The position numbers and the translations under genes are program-made. A stretch of DNA of 64,000 nt from Eledone cirrhosa (taxonomy: Eukaryota): the NCBI GenBank assembly GCA_964016885.1, contig OZ024741.1, positions 398,412,001 through 398,476,000 of the forward strand. Reading direction: 5' to 3'. The notes beneath the pieces were generated by a model. That model was not told the DNA's origin. It saw only the letters and a list, made by a program, of their open reading frames with translations, and searched no databases. Below are positions 38,275 to 52,129 of the stretch, one piece after another (within the stretch, counting starts at the first letter, position 1; each line of letters opens with the position of its first letter).

Positions 38275-38930
38275 ATAATAATAATGAAATTATTGTGTAC
38301 AGTGCTCAGGTGCACTACAACTCATCAAAGGTGCATGTATAGTACATAGAAGAATTTACAAATGTCAGGAAAATGAACAGTGTACGAGTCATGAAATATA
38401 TGTGTGCGCGTGTATGGAGGGGGAATATTAGATGTAGTGTTGGCGAATCTCAGGAAGCATGGAGGTTTTAAAGGATGCAGTGTCTCGACAGCTAACAACT
38501 GATGCAGGTAATTTGTTCCATGGAGGTTTTAAAGGATGCAGTGTTTCAACAGCTAACAACTGATGCAGGTAGTTTGTTCCATGGAGGTTTTAAAGGATGT
38601 AGTGTCTCGACAGCTAAAAACTGATGCAGGTAGTTTGTTCCATGGAGGTTTTAAAGGATGCAGTGTTTCAACAGCTAACAACTGATGCAGGTAGTTTGTT
38701 CCATGGAGGTTTTAAAGGATGTAGTGTCTCGACAGCTAAAAACTGATGCAGGTAGTTTGTTCCATGGAGGTTTTAAAGGATGCAGTGTTTCAACAGCTAA
38801 CAACTGATGCAGGTAGTTTGTTCCATGGAGGTTTTAAAGGATGTAGTGTCTCGACAGCTAACAACTGATGCAGGTAGTTTGTTCCATGCTTCAGCAACTC
38901 TGAGCCTGAAAAAATGTTTCCGACAGTCAG
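38275..38930 (-). mobile_element. CR1/L2-group LINE 3' end with internal 61-bp tandem x7
   Basis: Minus strand RKHFFRLRVAEAWNKLPASVVSC..SFK. 61-bp units span 38458-38887. Confidence 0.75.
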
Positions 38931-39336
38931 GAGTTTCACCTGTGTACTCAGAGGATCAGTAGACAAGACTGATCACTTAGCCATAATAAACTCTACTTTG
39001 GTATTGAACACTCATTCTCTCATGTGTCAACATCTAAAAAACCAAAAAGTCTGCCTCAAGCCAGGAGACTCATCAGGCTAGTGCTTATCCTGGTTTTTGT
39101 GATATTAAGCAACTGAGAGTGTAAGTCTCTCCCCTGGACAGGATGCCAGGCCATCATAGAGTTAAACTCCCCACCTATTGCTGGTACTCATTTTCAGCTG
39201 TATATACTGCAGCAATGTGAAGTGTTTTGCTTAAGAACACAACACACAACCCAGTCCCTCAACATTATGATTTTAAGACAAACACTCTTACCACTAAGCC
39301 ACTGCCTAATGATGTCAACATTACGCATATATATAT

Positions 39337-40112
39337 ATGGTTTGTGTTAGGAAGGGCATCCAGCCGTAGAAAACCTGCCAGACAGTCCCATACGAGCGAG
39401 ACAACCAATCTTGCCTCAAGTGGGACAATTCCCGTCTAAACCCATGCTAGCGTGGAAGATAGACGTTAAACGATGATGATGATGATATATATCATCATCA
39501 TCATCATCATCGATTAATGTACATCTTCCACGCTAGCATGAGTTAGATAGGTTTGTCCCATTTAGAGGCAAGTTGGGTTGAGTGACCATGTCTCGCTCAT
39601 ATAGGAGAGTTTCTAGCTTGTTTTCTACGGCTGGATGCCCTTCCTAACGCCAACCACATTTACAGTGTGTGCTGGGTACTTTTTGTCATGACACATATAT
39701 ATATACACACACACCCGTCCCACCACCCCCACCCCATCCACACCGCCCCTTTCAATGTAAAGTTATGTTGGTGCCACAACATCCAAGCCGAAACAAATGA
39801 GATTGTGTAGGTGTCACGACAAAAAAAACACACAGTCCACGCTGTAATGTGGTTGGTGTTAGGAAGGGCATCCAGCTGTAGAAAACCCGCCAGACAGTCC
39901 ACGCTGTAATGTGGCCGTGTAGGCAACACGGTAAAAACCTCCCAGCCCCACACTGTAAATGTGGTTGGTGTTAGGAAGGGCATCCAGCTGTAGAAAACCC
40001 GCCAGACAGTTCTATGCGAGCAAGACAACCGCTCTTGCCTCAAGTGGGAAAACCCCCGTCCAAACCCATGCAAGCGTGGAACATGGACGTTAAACGATGA
40101 TGATGATGATGA
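39337..40112. mobile_element. Cluster of RTE 3' UTR fragments in both orientations
   Basis: Tail motif ttaggaagggcatccag...(GAT)n at 39337-39485 (+), 39490-39690 (-) and 39715-40112 (+). Confidence 0.8.
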
Positions 40113-40707
40113 CATATATATATATATACTCACACGCACACACACACAGAGTAGAATTGAAGTCAGTGTTGCAGCATATGTACACACTTTATTGACATAT
40201 TACAATTGTTTCAATATTAATTAACTCAGGGTACAATCATAATGATGGGGCCCAAACTCTTCAGCATCTCGTCAGTTATACATGTTTATATGTGCAATGG
40301 CACATCTAAACTATTTAAATTCTTCACACTACTGCCACCTTAACTCTGGAATACAACCCAATACAAGATGGACCTCGTAACAGCATTGACTGCTTTGAAT
40401 GGCGTGCTGCCTGTATCTGTAGTTACACACCTAACTAACACATGCACACACACACATATATAAATATATATGTATAGAGAGAGAGAGAGAGGTAGAACAC
40501 TGGAAGGTAATATTCATAGTAGTAGAGCACTCAGTCTATGGGACGAGTTTGGTAGAAGTAGTAACACAACAGTTAGTTCACCATACCGAGAACAATTGTT
40601 TCACCTTATGCAGATCTTAAGCTCGGACTCTGAAGACCCGCATAAGGTGAAACAATTGTTTTCAGTGTGGTGAACTAACTGTTGTGTTACTACTTCTATA
40701 TATATAT

Positions 40708-41860
40708 AATGGTACTGTCAGTAAAGTCGGGGTAGGAATGGAGTTTAGTGAGGAATTCCAGATACAAGTAGGAGTACATCAAGGTTCGGTCCTCAGCCCG
40801 CTCTTGTTCATTATAGTCCTCCAAGCCATAACAGAGGAGTTTAAGACTGGCTGTCCATGGGAACTTCTCTATGCTGACGATCTGGTTCTTATAGCAGAAT
40901 CAGTAGAGGAATTAGAGAATAAATTCTGGCTATGGAAACAGCAGTTGGAAGCAAGAGGACTGAGAGTGAACCTAGCTAAGACAAAAGTGTTGATGAGTAG
41001 AAAAGAGGACAAAACTCTGATTCCGTCAGGGAAATGGCCATGTTCGATATGCAGAAAAGGAACTGGTATAAATTCTATAAAATACACACAATGCAGATCC
41101 TGGGTACACAAGAGATGTAGCGGGATAGCAGGCAAACTAACAGGTAGGGAGAAATACGTATGCAGTAGATGTACAGGGAAATTAGACAGTAGAAGTTGCA
41201 TTGATAGACACATTTTTCAAATGCAGGCAGGTGCTATAGAAGTGGTGGATAGCTTACGGTACCTAGGAGATCAGATTAGCATGGGAGGGGGGTGTTCCGA
41301 GGCCATAGTATCTAGAATAAGGATGGGTTGGAAGAAGTTTAGGGAGCTGCTTCCTCTGCTGACGAAGAAGAGTTTCTCCCTGCGTACGAAAGGCCGGTTA
41401 TATGATGCCTGTGTGAGGAACGCGATGCTGCATGGTAGTGAGACATGGGCAGCAACTGCAGAGGATATGCGACGGCTGGAGAGAAATGAGGCAAGCATGC
41501 TCCGTTGGATGTGCAGTGTAAATGTGTGTGAACGACCCAGCATGGATGTGTTGAGAGAGAAACTGTCTGAGAGGGATAGAATGTAATGTGCGAGAGAGGA
41601 GCCTGAGGTGGTATGGACATGTGATGCGCATGGAGGATGACCGATGGGCGAAGAAGTGCCAGGAAATGCCAGTTGAAGGAAGACGTGGTAGAGGTAGACC
41701 ACGAAAAACATGGGCGGAGGTGGTGAAAACAGACCTCAGATCGCTGAAGCTCACGGTGATGACGAAGGACCGTGACAAGTGGAGAGATGCTGTGCTGAAT
41801 AAGACCCGTCCCAGCCTTGCAAGCAGGGAAGAGCGGGTGTAAAATGATGATGGTGATGAT
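40708..41860 (+). mobile_element. 5'-truncated RTE-clade LINE, second subfamily
   Basis: GVHQGSVLSPLLF, LLYADD, degenerate PHD-like finger, RYLG, HGSETW, frameshift near 41570, RWYGHV, GRPRKTW and a (GAT)n tail. Confidence 0.92.
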
Positions 41861-41920
41861 ATATATATATATGTATATATATATATCATCATCATCGTTT
41901 AACGTCTATCTTCCATGCTG

Positions 41921-41962
<42 letters not shown>

Positions 41963-43732
41963 CATGTGTGTATATATATATATATAGTGTATGTGCTTCA
42001 GTGAATTACTGGTGGTGGTATCAAAACAAGCACTCAATGCACAGGCAGAGTGTATATATAAAAAATAACGATGAAGTTTTGTTTGCATGTATTTTTTTTT
42101 TTTTTTTGTGTATCAAACTGTTACACGCCAAACTTGATGCCCCCCACCACCTTCCTTTCTCCACCTTAGGATTGTTTCTTCTTGTGGATGTGTGCCTGTA
42201 TATATATATATATATATGCATAAGTACACATACATAGGTAAACCTGCACTCGTGTATATGTGTAAATTTACACACACACACACGCCTTCCTATGTGTATG
42301 AGTTGAAGTATACATCTAGTATGGTCCACTTAACCCCTATCCTCTCTCCCTCTTCCATATGCCTCCCATGCCCTAACACCCAACCCTGCGCCCACACCTT
42401 TAAGCTCCCTCACCCCAGCCCCGACTGTAAAGTGGTTGTGTAGGTGTCATAAAAAAAAGCACCCAGCACACACTGTAAATGTGGTTGGGCATTAGGAAGG
42501 GCACCCAGAAACAGTTCTGTATGAGCAAGATATGGTAACATGACCTGACGTGCCTCAAATGGGACAGCACGTTTAACCCATGTTAGCGTGGACAATAGAT
42601 GTTAAATGATGCTGAAGATGATGACGATGACACATGTACACCTACCCTACCTGTCACACATTGTCACAGTCTGACGTATGTACCTCACAAAACAAACAAA
42701 CACACATATGCATACATGCATATGTCCACTCAAAATACACAAAGATTATCTCCCTTTGAAAAGTTCTCTTATAATAAAGATATATTCCGACCTGCATTTC
42801 CCCCAAATGGCTGACTAAACATGTGTTTTCTCTTCGAAAAATTATTTCTTTCCCTCACCTACCTTTCTTTCTTCTTTTATCTCTCATTCTACTTTTTGAT
42901 AAAGGACTAATATCCAAAACATTCGAACTCTTTACCGACTATCAAGCATTAAACAAATATATACCTTCTTAGTACTTTATCAATTTGGGGGGAGGGAAAA
43001 GTTGATTAAATTGACTCCAGTGTGTTACTGGTATTTTATTTTATCAACCCTGTAAAGATGAAAGCCAAAGCTAACCTTGGCAGGATTTGAACTCAGAACA
43101 TAAAGTGATGTAGCTATATGCTGCAAAGCATGTTTATCAATGCTGTGTGTGTCTGTGTGTATATGTATTAAATACATGGCAACCTCGGCATGTGTTTTCA
43201 TTGCTAATCAGAGTTTCATGATTGTATCATATTAATCTAGCGCCCTCTATCAAACTTTGGCCTTTGCAAAAATATATTTACTTATTTACTTCCTGGAAAA
43301 AAAAATTTTTTAAATATTTTTCAATTTACTGGAGGCAACTTTTGCAGGAAAAAAATTTATTTTGTCAAAGATATTTGCTTTTTGCCCCATGTTGCACATT
43401 GGCCGTAGGGGAATTCTCACTCGATATACTGTCAATTCCCCTAGCAGGTGCCAGTATTATAGTAGCCATCCTGTGGATGTGGCATGAGGTGCTTCTTGTG
43501 TGTAATGGGTGTCTAGTTGCGTGGAGGCCAGAAATGAAGGATGAATTTTGTGCAGTGCAGGCAAGGTTTAAATAGTTCTCTTCTCGTATTAAAACAGGCA
43601 TTAGGATCTAATGAGTTCTTCAAGACATTTCTTAGCATAGCAGACTCCACATTTCTTGGTTCCGTTAATATAGGGTCTGATACACACACACACATATGTG
43701 TAATCATCATGATGACTATATATATATATATA

Positions 43733-44583
43733 CTAGCATTAAAGCCCGGCGTTGCTCGGGGTCATTAAGTTACCAAAGTTAGGTTGCACCACCCATTTTA
43801 TGGCAGCACTTTTTTGTCTGCCAGGCAGTGGGTGAATGAATTGCAGACCTGGAAGCATGAGCTGCGCCAACAGTGACAATTGTAGTTTCGCCTATGGATA
43901 TTATCTCTGTGCAAAAAAGTGTTGAAATTTATTGTTTCACAGTACTTGCGCAACACGCGTGTAGACGATGCCAGCCAAACAACAGAGCTGCGATGGAGTT
44001 GTTCTGCATGGTTGTCTGTGTGTTTTCTAAATTTAAGACAGTAGGGAGGGTTGTGATATGAGGGAGAGTTAGCTGTTGTTTCTAGCAGGTTTAGTGACCT
44101 CATAGAGGATATGTGTTTTCTAAATTTAAGACAGTAGGGAGTGGTGTGATATGGAGGAAAGTTAGCTGCTGTTTCTAGCAGGTTTAGTGACCTCATAGAA
44201 GATATGTTTTCTAAATTTATGACAGTAGGGAGGGGTGTGATATGGGGGAGAGTTAACTGCTGTTTCTAGCAGGTTTAGTAACCTCATAGAGGATATGTGT
44301 TTTCTAAATTTAAGCTTTGAAAGAGAAAGTAGCAGAAAGTATGAAGTTGTATAGATTTTGAATGGTAGTAGAAAGAGTTCAGCAGTTTAAATGAGAGAGA
44401 AAAATCGTAAAATATTGAGTTTTATCTATTTTTTGCGTAATTGTGGGTGAAATTGAAAAAATTATCTGCGCCAAGACGCAATCGAAACTATTTCGAATAC
44501 TGAATTGTAAATTTCAATTGAAGAAATTCTATATCGTAGATTTCTATAATGAAGGAGCATGACCACACACTGAGCTTTATAGA
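43733..44583 (-). mobile_element. Non-autonomous Helitron with internal ~93-bp tandem
   Basis: Minus strand A|TCTATAAAG ... hairpin CCCGAGCAACGCCGGG, CTAG|T. About 3 tandem units at 44019-44313. Confidence 0.72.
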
Positions 44584-45092
44584 TTATGATATATATGTCA
44601 TTATCATCATCATTTAATGTCCATCTACCACACTAGCATGGGTTATATATATATATATATAACATGTAACCCAGTACATCCTGTTCATGGTCGGGTTGTT
44701 GGCGACTAAACTGGCAACCCCACCAAGCTTTCTTGGTGAGGAGGGTGATTTTAGACACCATGTGAGATAAAAAAACAAAACTCTTAAAAAAGCAGGGGAA
44801 ATCATGAGAGTCAACGGCCGTCCAATAATTTTTTTATGGGGAGTGGGGTGGAGTGAGATCCCCCTAGTCTTCATTAAGACATCACTCTTGGAGAAGGTCA
44901 CTCTGATGTTCAGAGTGTGGGATTGCCTTCATACAAAGCCTTTCCTCACTTAAAAAAGCTTCAAGCTCAGACATCGCTTGATACGTGATAGCTTCTTAAA
45001 TATCAAACAATAGCATTACTTGAAATCAAGTTGTAGGCATCATCATATATACACACACATACATATATCAAATTTGATATAGGAGACTCATA

Positions 45093-45681
45093 TCTATATA
45101 TATAAAGTTGTAGTTCCTGTCTGTTTGTTTGTTCACGAACTCCTCCTATGGTTTTGGTGATAAACCCCCATAACCATATATATTCTGAAACTACATTGCT
45201 CAGGGTACTTGGATAAGTATATTTCATTTTAATCAAAGGGTTCCCCAGGGGCACAAACCCCTACTGAAAATCTTTTCCCTTCGATTTATATGAAATTTAA
45301 ACCATAGGTAAATGACAAGATATGATGCCTATTCACAAAATTTCAGCAAATTTCAATAATATTAAGACACTCTAATAGGGGTTAAACTCCCTATAGTGGA
45401 AATTTTGGAAACCCAAATAAAATAATGCTTTACACAAAAATGAAATCAAGTTTTGAATTGATATTTTGAAAAAAATTATTTACAAGAAACGAAATAATAA
45501 GATTTAATGTAATTTTGATTTGATATATTACAAAAAATAATGTTTTCCAATTTTTCATGCATTACATTTTACATTGAGGTAATATTGAAATGCAGAGTTT
45601 TTCTCCATAAATTATATCACTTTCACATTTTCTTACAAAAAAAATGTGTGAAACGCACCAAGGCGCGAGTAATTCGGCTAG
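45093..45681 (+). mobile_element. Non-autonomous Helitron
   Basis: A|TCTATATATATAAAG..CTGTCTGTTTG at the 5' end, weak GC hairpin then CTAG|T at the 3' end. Confidence 0.65.
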
Positions 45682-45772
45682 TATATATATATTTTTTTAA
45701 CAGCTCACACCTATGCAGGTTTAGCTGGCCTCCTCTAAGGTATATCTCGTTGGAGGTGTCTTGGGTGATTTA

Positions 45773-46332
45773 ATGATAGGGACCCCAGTCCTATCATCTC
45801 ATTTCTACAGCTGAGTAAACTGGAGCAACGTGAAATAAAGTGTCTTGTTCAAGGAAACAACACATCACCCGGTCCGAGAATTGAACTCACAACCTTTCGA
45901 TTGGAAGCCCAATGCTCTAACCACTAAGCCATGCACCTTCACAATGCAAAGGCTAGTATATATATATATATATATATATATGGAGGCACATGGCTTAATG
46001 GTTAGAGCATTGGCCTTGCAATCGAAAGGTTGTGAGTTCAATTCTCAGACCGGGTGATGTGTTGTTTCCTTGAGCAAGACACTTTATTTCACATTGTTCC
46101 AGTTTACTCAGCTGTAGAAATGAGATGATAGGGACTGGGGTCCATATCATTCCACTGCAAAGTGGTCGTGGAGGTGCCACGGCAAAAAAGCACCCAGCAC
46201 TCACTGTAAATGAGGTTGGTGTTAGGAAGGGCATCCAGCTGTAGAAATCAAGCCAGAATCAGTTCCCGTCCCACCCTTGCAAGCAGGGAAAAAGCGGACG
46301 TAAAATGAAATGATGATAAAATGAAATGATGA
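45773..46332. mobile_element. Head-to-head pair of family A SINEs
   Basis: Partial minus copy at 45773-45935 and full plus copy at 45982-46332. Confidence 0.85.
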
Positions 46333-46335
46333 TAT

Positions 46336-46778
46336 ATATTGTTATACTTTGGGAGGGTCATGTTGCCAATAAGAAACACACGCACCAGTTGCTTTCACTT
46401 CAATTTATTATAATAAATTTATAAATTTAGGAATTTATAAATTTCTGGTTGGTTGGTTGGTTCCACAACCAGATAGTTGTTTATATATTGTCAAAGTTCT
46501 TTCGTCACACATTCTGTGACCTCTTCAGTGACTGGGGATTCTTTTCTTTGTTTTTGTGCCTCTCCTTTCTTCACGAAAACAAAGAAAATAATCCCCAGTC
46601 ACTGAAGAGGTCACAGAATGTGTGACGAAAGAACTTTGACAATATATAAACAACTATCTGGTTGTAGAACCAACCAACCAACTAGAAATTTATAAATTTA
46701 TTATAATAAATTGAAGTGAAAGCAACTGGTGCGTGTGTTTCTTATTGGCAACATGACCCTCCCAAAGTATAACAATAT
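46336..46778. mobile_element. Foldback (~210-bp arms) carrying a minimal hammerhead in each arm
   Basis: 46336-~46552 is the reverse complement of ~46576-46778. Confidence 0.85.
46598..46640 (+). ncRNA. Minimal type I hammerhead ribozyme
   Basis: GUCA-CUGAAGA-G-GUCACA GAAUG UGUGAC-GAAA-GAAC-UU^UGAC. Mirror copy at 46490-46532 (-). Confidence 0.72.
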
Positions 46779-46834
46779 CGGTTGAAACACACAATTTCAG
46801 ATAAAGAATCTTGCTAAACAAATTCAGAAACTAA

Positions 46835-46892
<58 letters not shown>

Positions 46893-47056
46893 GGATGACA
46901 ATATCGTTATAGGTAATCCGATTAGAGGTTGTAAATACTTCGTATCATGGATAGTTTTAGCGTATGGCGTTGTATGACTCAACAAGAGGTTTACGTGGAT
47001 GACGAGTTTATGATTTCACTTGTATACCTATGTAACTTTATCTTGGAGTAATACAA

Positions 47057-47312
47057 TTGATAAGTGGAGAATAACATGGTCAACAGTACAAAAAAGGAGA
47101 TTTATTTACAGAATAACAATTGTTTCACTGATAGAGTTGTCTAAAAATTGCTGAGTCTCTGAGGATATGATGGAGTTAACATCTATTTTAAATTGAGTAG
47201 CACTACTGTCAGTGTTTAGCAATTTTTAGACAACTCTATCAGTGAAACAATTGTTAGTCTGTAAATAAATCTCCTTTTTTGTACTGTTGACCATGTTATT
47301 CTCCACTTTTTC

Positions 47313-47317
<5 letters not shown>
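47057..47317. repeat. Foldback with ~95-bp arms containing GAAACAATTGTT
   Basis: 47057-~47153 is the reverse complement of ~47216-47317. Confidence 0.85.
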
Positions 47318-47358
<41 letters not shown>

Positions 47359-47955
47359 TGATTGCTTCATCAGATAATAGCCATCTCAACCATTTCTGTT
47401 ATTCTTCACTCTCCCAAGATTGCATGGAGGTGACGTTTCAATTCAGCAACAGAAGTCATGGCCAGGACCCCACTCCCAAGCACTGACAACACCCCCACTT
47501 ATGATACATCAACACAGGTGACTAGGGTAATGTAACTGCTGCCACCTATTCTACATCTCCTGAGGAAACAAAACTACAGAAGTGGTGGTATCTCATTAGC
47601 CGAAATTCACATGATTCACCCAAAAGCTGCAAAAATAGGCCCAATGTATATATTGTGCCAAGAATTAAGAATCCTGGCCAGCATCGGCTGGAGAGATAGT
47701 TGTACATTTACACCTATGATATCTGTGAAAGTTTGTCTTGAAACAACATCGCCATTTCTTTACAAATCATCTCAATGTTTGATATTTAAAATTTAGCCCA
47801 GAATAATCCATTCGCAAAAAGAATCCTGGTTCTCAGTCACGCCTAGAGTAAAAATGGGTGAATTAAAAAAAAAAAAAAAAACTGGCAGAAAAAGACTGAA
47901 AGTTTTAATGGAGTTGGAATGGAACAGTTGACTATGAGGAATTAAAACATTTTAA

Positions 47956-48175
47956 CCCTTTAGCATTTAAACTGGCTGTATCCGGCCAGAATTCTCTCAC
48001 CTCTTTCTTTTCAAACTGGCTGTAACTGGCCACATACTGATGTTAAGGTATTGTTTTCAAAATAAATAATATCAAAATCTCATAGATTCGATATTATGTG
48101 AAATATTATGTAAGGTAAAGCTTTTACCACAAAAATACAATAGTATATATATAAAGTAATGTAAATGCTAAAGGG
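47956..48175 (+). mobile_element. piggyBac-type MITE
   Basis: TTAA TSDs and CCCTTTAGCATTTA TIRs. Confidence 0.9.
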
Positions 48176-48262
48176 TTAAATTAAAACTTTTCTATTTTCT
48201 GAAATGATAAAATCGACCATTTTGTTTTCTAAATTTAAATATTTGTCATCTTTCTGCTACAG

Positions 48263-48372
<110 letters not shown>

Positions 48373-48406
48373 CACACACACACGCTCTCTCAATATATAT
48401 ATATAT

Positions 48407-48441
<35 letters not shown>

Positions 48442-48493
48442 CACAAATGGAAGTTTGGCATAATCGAAGCTCTGGCTACAGCTATGTTAATAT

Positions 48494-48528
<35 letters not shown>

Positions 48529-49737
48529 ATAAGGCGCCGGTCCCTTCCGGGAAATGGCCATGCTCAGCGTGTAGGAAAGGCGTAGGTAGAAACTCCATTT
48601 TATGTCCCAAATGCAAAGTATGGGTGCATAAAAGATGTGGGATCACAGGTAAGCTAACTAAGAACATAGATTTTACATGTGGCCGGTGCTCTGGCGCAAT
48701 AAGTAGCAGCAAGTGCCCACAAAATACTAGCTCTTTCAATTGCGCAGAGGGTTCTATAGAAATAGTGGACAGCTTCCGTTACCTGGGTGACAAAATCAGC
48801 AGTGGGGGAGGGTGCTCTGAAAGTACAGTAGCTAGAGTCAGAACTGGATGGAAAAAGTTCAGAGAGCTTATACCACTATTGGCCGCTAAAGGGTTCTCTC
48901 TAAAAATGAAAGGCAGGTTGTATGATGCCTGCATACGAACAGCAATGTTGCATGGCAGTGAGACCTGGGCATTGTGTGCAGAGGATATACGCAGACTAGA
49001 GAGGAACGAAGCTTGCATGCTCCGCTGGATGTGTAATAGTAATATACGTGAACGGCAAAGCATAAACGAACTAAGGGAAAAATTAGAAATAAGAGGGATC
49101 AGATGTTGTTTACTCGAGAGAAGGCTACGTTGGTATGGTCACGTGATGCGCATGAAAGACGACAGCTGTATAAAAAAGTGCAGGGCAATAAAGATAGACG
49201 GTAGCCACGGAGTAGGCAGACCCAGAAAAACCTGGGACGACCTGATAAATTCCGACCTCACACACTTACACCTCTCCAAGACAATGTCACTGGACCGAGA
49301 TCTTTGGCGGTACTCAGTAATAGAGAAGACCCGCCTTGCCTAAATACAAAGTAAACCTACTACAGTCAGTAGGCATCTCTAACAAAATACACCCCCGTCA
49401 CACCACCCCCACCCCATCCACACCGCCCCTTTCAATGTAAAGTTACGTTGGTGCCACAACATCCAGGCCGAAACAAATGAGATCGTGTAGGTGTCACGAC
49501 AAAAAAAACACACAGTTCACGCTGTAATGTGGCCGTGTAGGCAACACGGTAAAAACCTCCCAGTCCCACACTGTAAATGTGGTTGGTGTTAGGAAGGGCA
49601 TCCAGCTGTAGAAAACCCGCCAGACAGTCCTATGCGAGCAAGACAACCACTCTTGCCTCAAGTGGGAAAACTCCCGTCCAAACCCATGCAAGCGTGGAAC
49701 ATGGACGTTAAACGATGATGGTGATGATGATGATGAT
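48529..49737 (+). mobile_element. 5'-truncated RTE-clade LINE, close paralogue of 30058-31417
   Basis: Near-identical translation (KWPCSACRKG...EKTRLA*), 3' UTR and (GAT)n. Confidence 0.92.
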
Positions 49738-50345
49738 ATAAAGTTAAAACAATAACGAAGAGTGCAGTACAAAGTGTTAGTATTAGCTTCACGCTTGAGA
49801 GTGGGGGTTGGGGACGACGCTTCAGGCGTAACCCCTTCATCAGGAAAAAAGTGGGAAGATACACTCTCTCTCTAACTTTCCTTTTATCTCTTTGCCTCTC
49901 TCAGTTCCTCTCCATCAGTCACACTTGCACATCTTTTCTCACTCATTTCTATGTATGTGGTTGTGGTACACTTGTGTAAAAATTCATATACACATAATGT
50001 GCTTGTGTGTAGATGTGTGTAGGAGTTCATGTAAATGCATTATATTTGTAAGAGGATCAAAATATATATATATATATATATGTCGGCATGTGGGTGTATA
50101 CATTTATATATTTGCATGTATGTGCGTTTGTATGTATATATCATCATCATCATCATTTAATGTCCATTTTCCATGCTAACATGTCGGGTCAGGTGACCAT
50201 GTGTTGCTCATATAGAACTCTTTCTGGCTAAGTTTCTACAGCTGCCCTTACTAACACCAACTATACAGTGTGGGCTGAGTGCTTCTTGTCATGACACCTA
50301 TTTTATAGCATCTCTGCACATGGGCACATGGCTCTTTATATTATA

Positions 50346-51164
50346 CTAGCAGTAAAGCCCGGCGTTGCTCGGGGTCGCTCAGTAGCTGTGTTAAAGTTAC
50401 AATGTTAAGTTTCTTTCTTGGCTTAAAAACTGTAGTGTCTACTGTGCAGACTTGCATGTGGTGTTTTTGATTAATATTCCCTCAACCAACAATATGCCTT
50501 ATGAAGTTAAGAAAACATAACGATAACCCGAATGTTATAACAAAAGAGGATGCTGGGGATAGAAACTGCACTGGTTATTTATTAACAAAGATCGAAAATG
50601 TAAACACTGCAACGCAGAGAAAAACATTAGCGTAACCAAATTATCAGTTATGTCTGTCTGCACGCCTATATCACCTCTCTGCACGACTGTCTGTCTGCAC
50701 GTCTAACGAAATTTACAGATACATATATTTTATATAAACTTATATAATTTTTGCTTTTTTTTACGAAATATTTGCTTGTTTTAAGTAGTTTTTAAATAGA
50801 CTTGTTTTCAAGTAAAAATATTGTTTTAAAAGGCTTGTTTTACGTAGTCTTTAAATCGTGTATTGTGTTAATGTCATTTTAAACGCTGAGAAAGCCAGCG
50901 TAATTTTTTTAATTTTTGCACACAGACGCTCAATGTAAACAGAACAAAGGGAAATAACTGATCACTTACGCTCAAAAATCGATACATTATATTCGATTTC
51001 GTCACATAGGGTGGGTCAATTTGAAATTTTTTTTTTCCGATGTCTTCGCTAGGGCTCAATGTACAAGTATAGCAATTTCGGTGCAATTCCGTGAGAGATT
51101 CTAAGAGGAGATGTGTGCCAAAAATCGATAGACAGACAGACAACCACAGTTTTATATATATAGA
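50346..51164 (-). mobile_element. Non-autonomous Helitron
   Basis: Minus strand A|TCTATATATATAAAAC..(CTGT)n at the 5' end, with the same 3' hairpin + CTAG|T as the element at 43733. Confidence 0.78.
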
Positions 51165-51631
51165 TTGTATTGTATATATATATATATTTATATATATATA
51201 TATAATATTATTCAAAATATTAATAAATGAGAAATATCATAACCAAAGTGTATATTTTATTATACATATTTCAAAGGTACAATGATGTTTCAGTACGTTT
51301 TCATCAGATAAAATATACAATAAATTGGTTATACGACATACGCCTATTGTCTTGAACCTTCAATCCCACTACAGGGATTGAAGGTTCAAGACCTTAGGGG
51401 TGGGTGGGGGAAGGGGGTGAATATTACTCCAGTTTTACTTGGTGGCGGAGGAAGGTAGTTGGTGGGGGAAGAGGTGAATATTACTCCAGTTTTACTTTTG
51501 ATGTGGAATTCATATTTCCTATTGTTTTTTATACGTTTTGAATGAGTATGGCCTTCAAAACTGTCAGAAGCTGGTAAAAAGTCATTATATAATCGAGTTG
51601 TAAAACAAAAACTATTCTCTAAACATTTTAA

Positions 51632-51837
51632 CCCTTTATCATTTAAACCGGCCATATCCAGCCAGAACTCTCTCACCTATTTCTGTTTAAACCAGCTGTA
51701 ACTGGCCACTCATTAAGGTATTGTTCTGAAAATATATAGCATCAAAATTTCGTGGATTCAATATTATGTGAGATAATTATGTTAACCTTTACTGTGAAAG
51801 TACGAAGTAAATATAGAATAATGTAAATGCTAAAGGG
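51632..51837 (+). mobile_element. piggyBac-type MITE
   Basis: TTAA TSDs, TIRs and the family internal sequence. Confidence 0.85.
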
Positions 51838-52129
51838 TTAAGTATTAAAATATTAAAACTTTATAATTATATTCCCCACTCATGAGAATTTCAACACCGC
51901 ACCATCTAAGTATGTGTTGATTACCTGCTCCAGCTCATAAGTGAGGTTTGGATTTTTACCCATTTCTCAAACATAAAATGGGGGTTGGCTTATATTCGGA
52001 TCAGCTTATATTCATGTGTTTGTGTGTGTGCGCGCATGTGTAATGCACACACATTCTATATGTAGCAAGTGGTAAAAACATCTATCAAATGAGACAATTC
52101 TCACAATATTAAAACCAAAACTCCTTTAA

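Noticed and set aside
47400-47520. Possible third host exon
   Set aside because: The phase-1 frame compatible with the other exons hits TGA, and splice support is weak.
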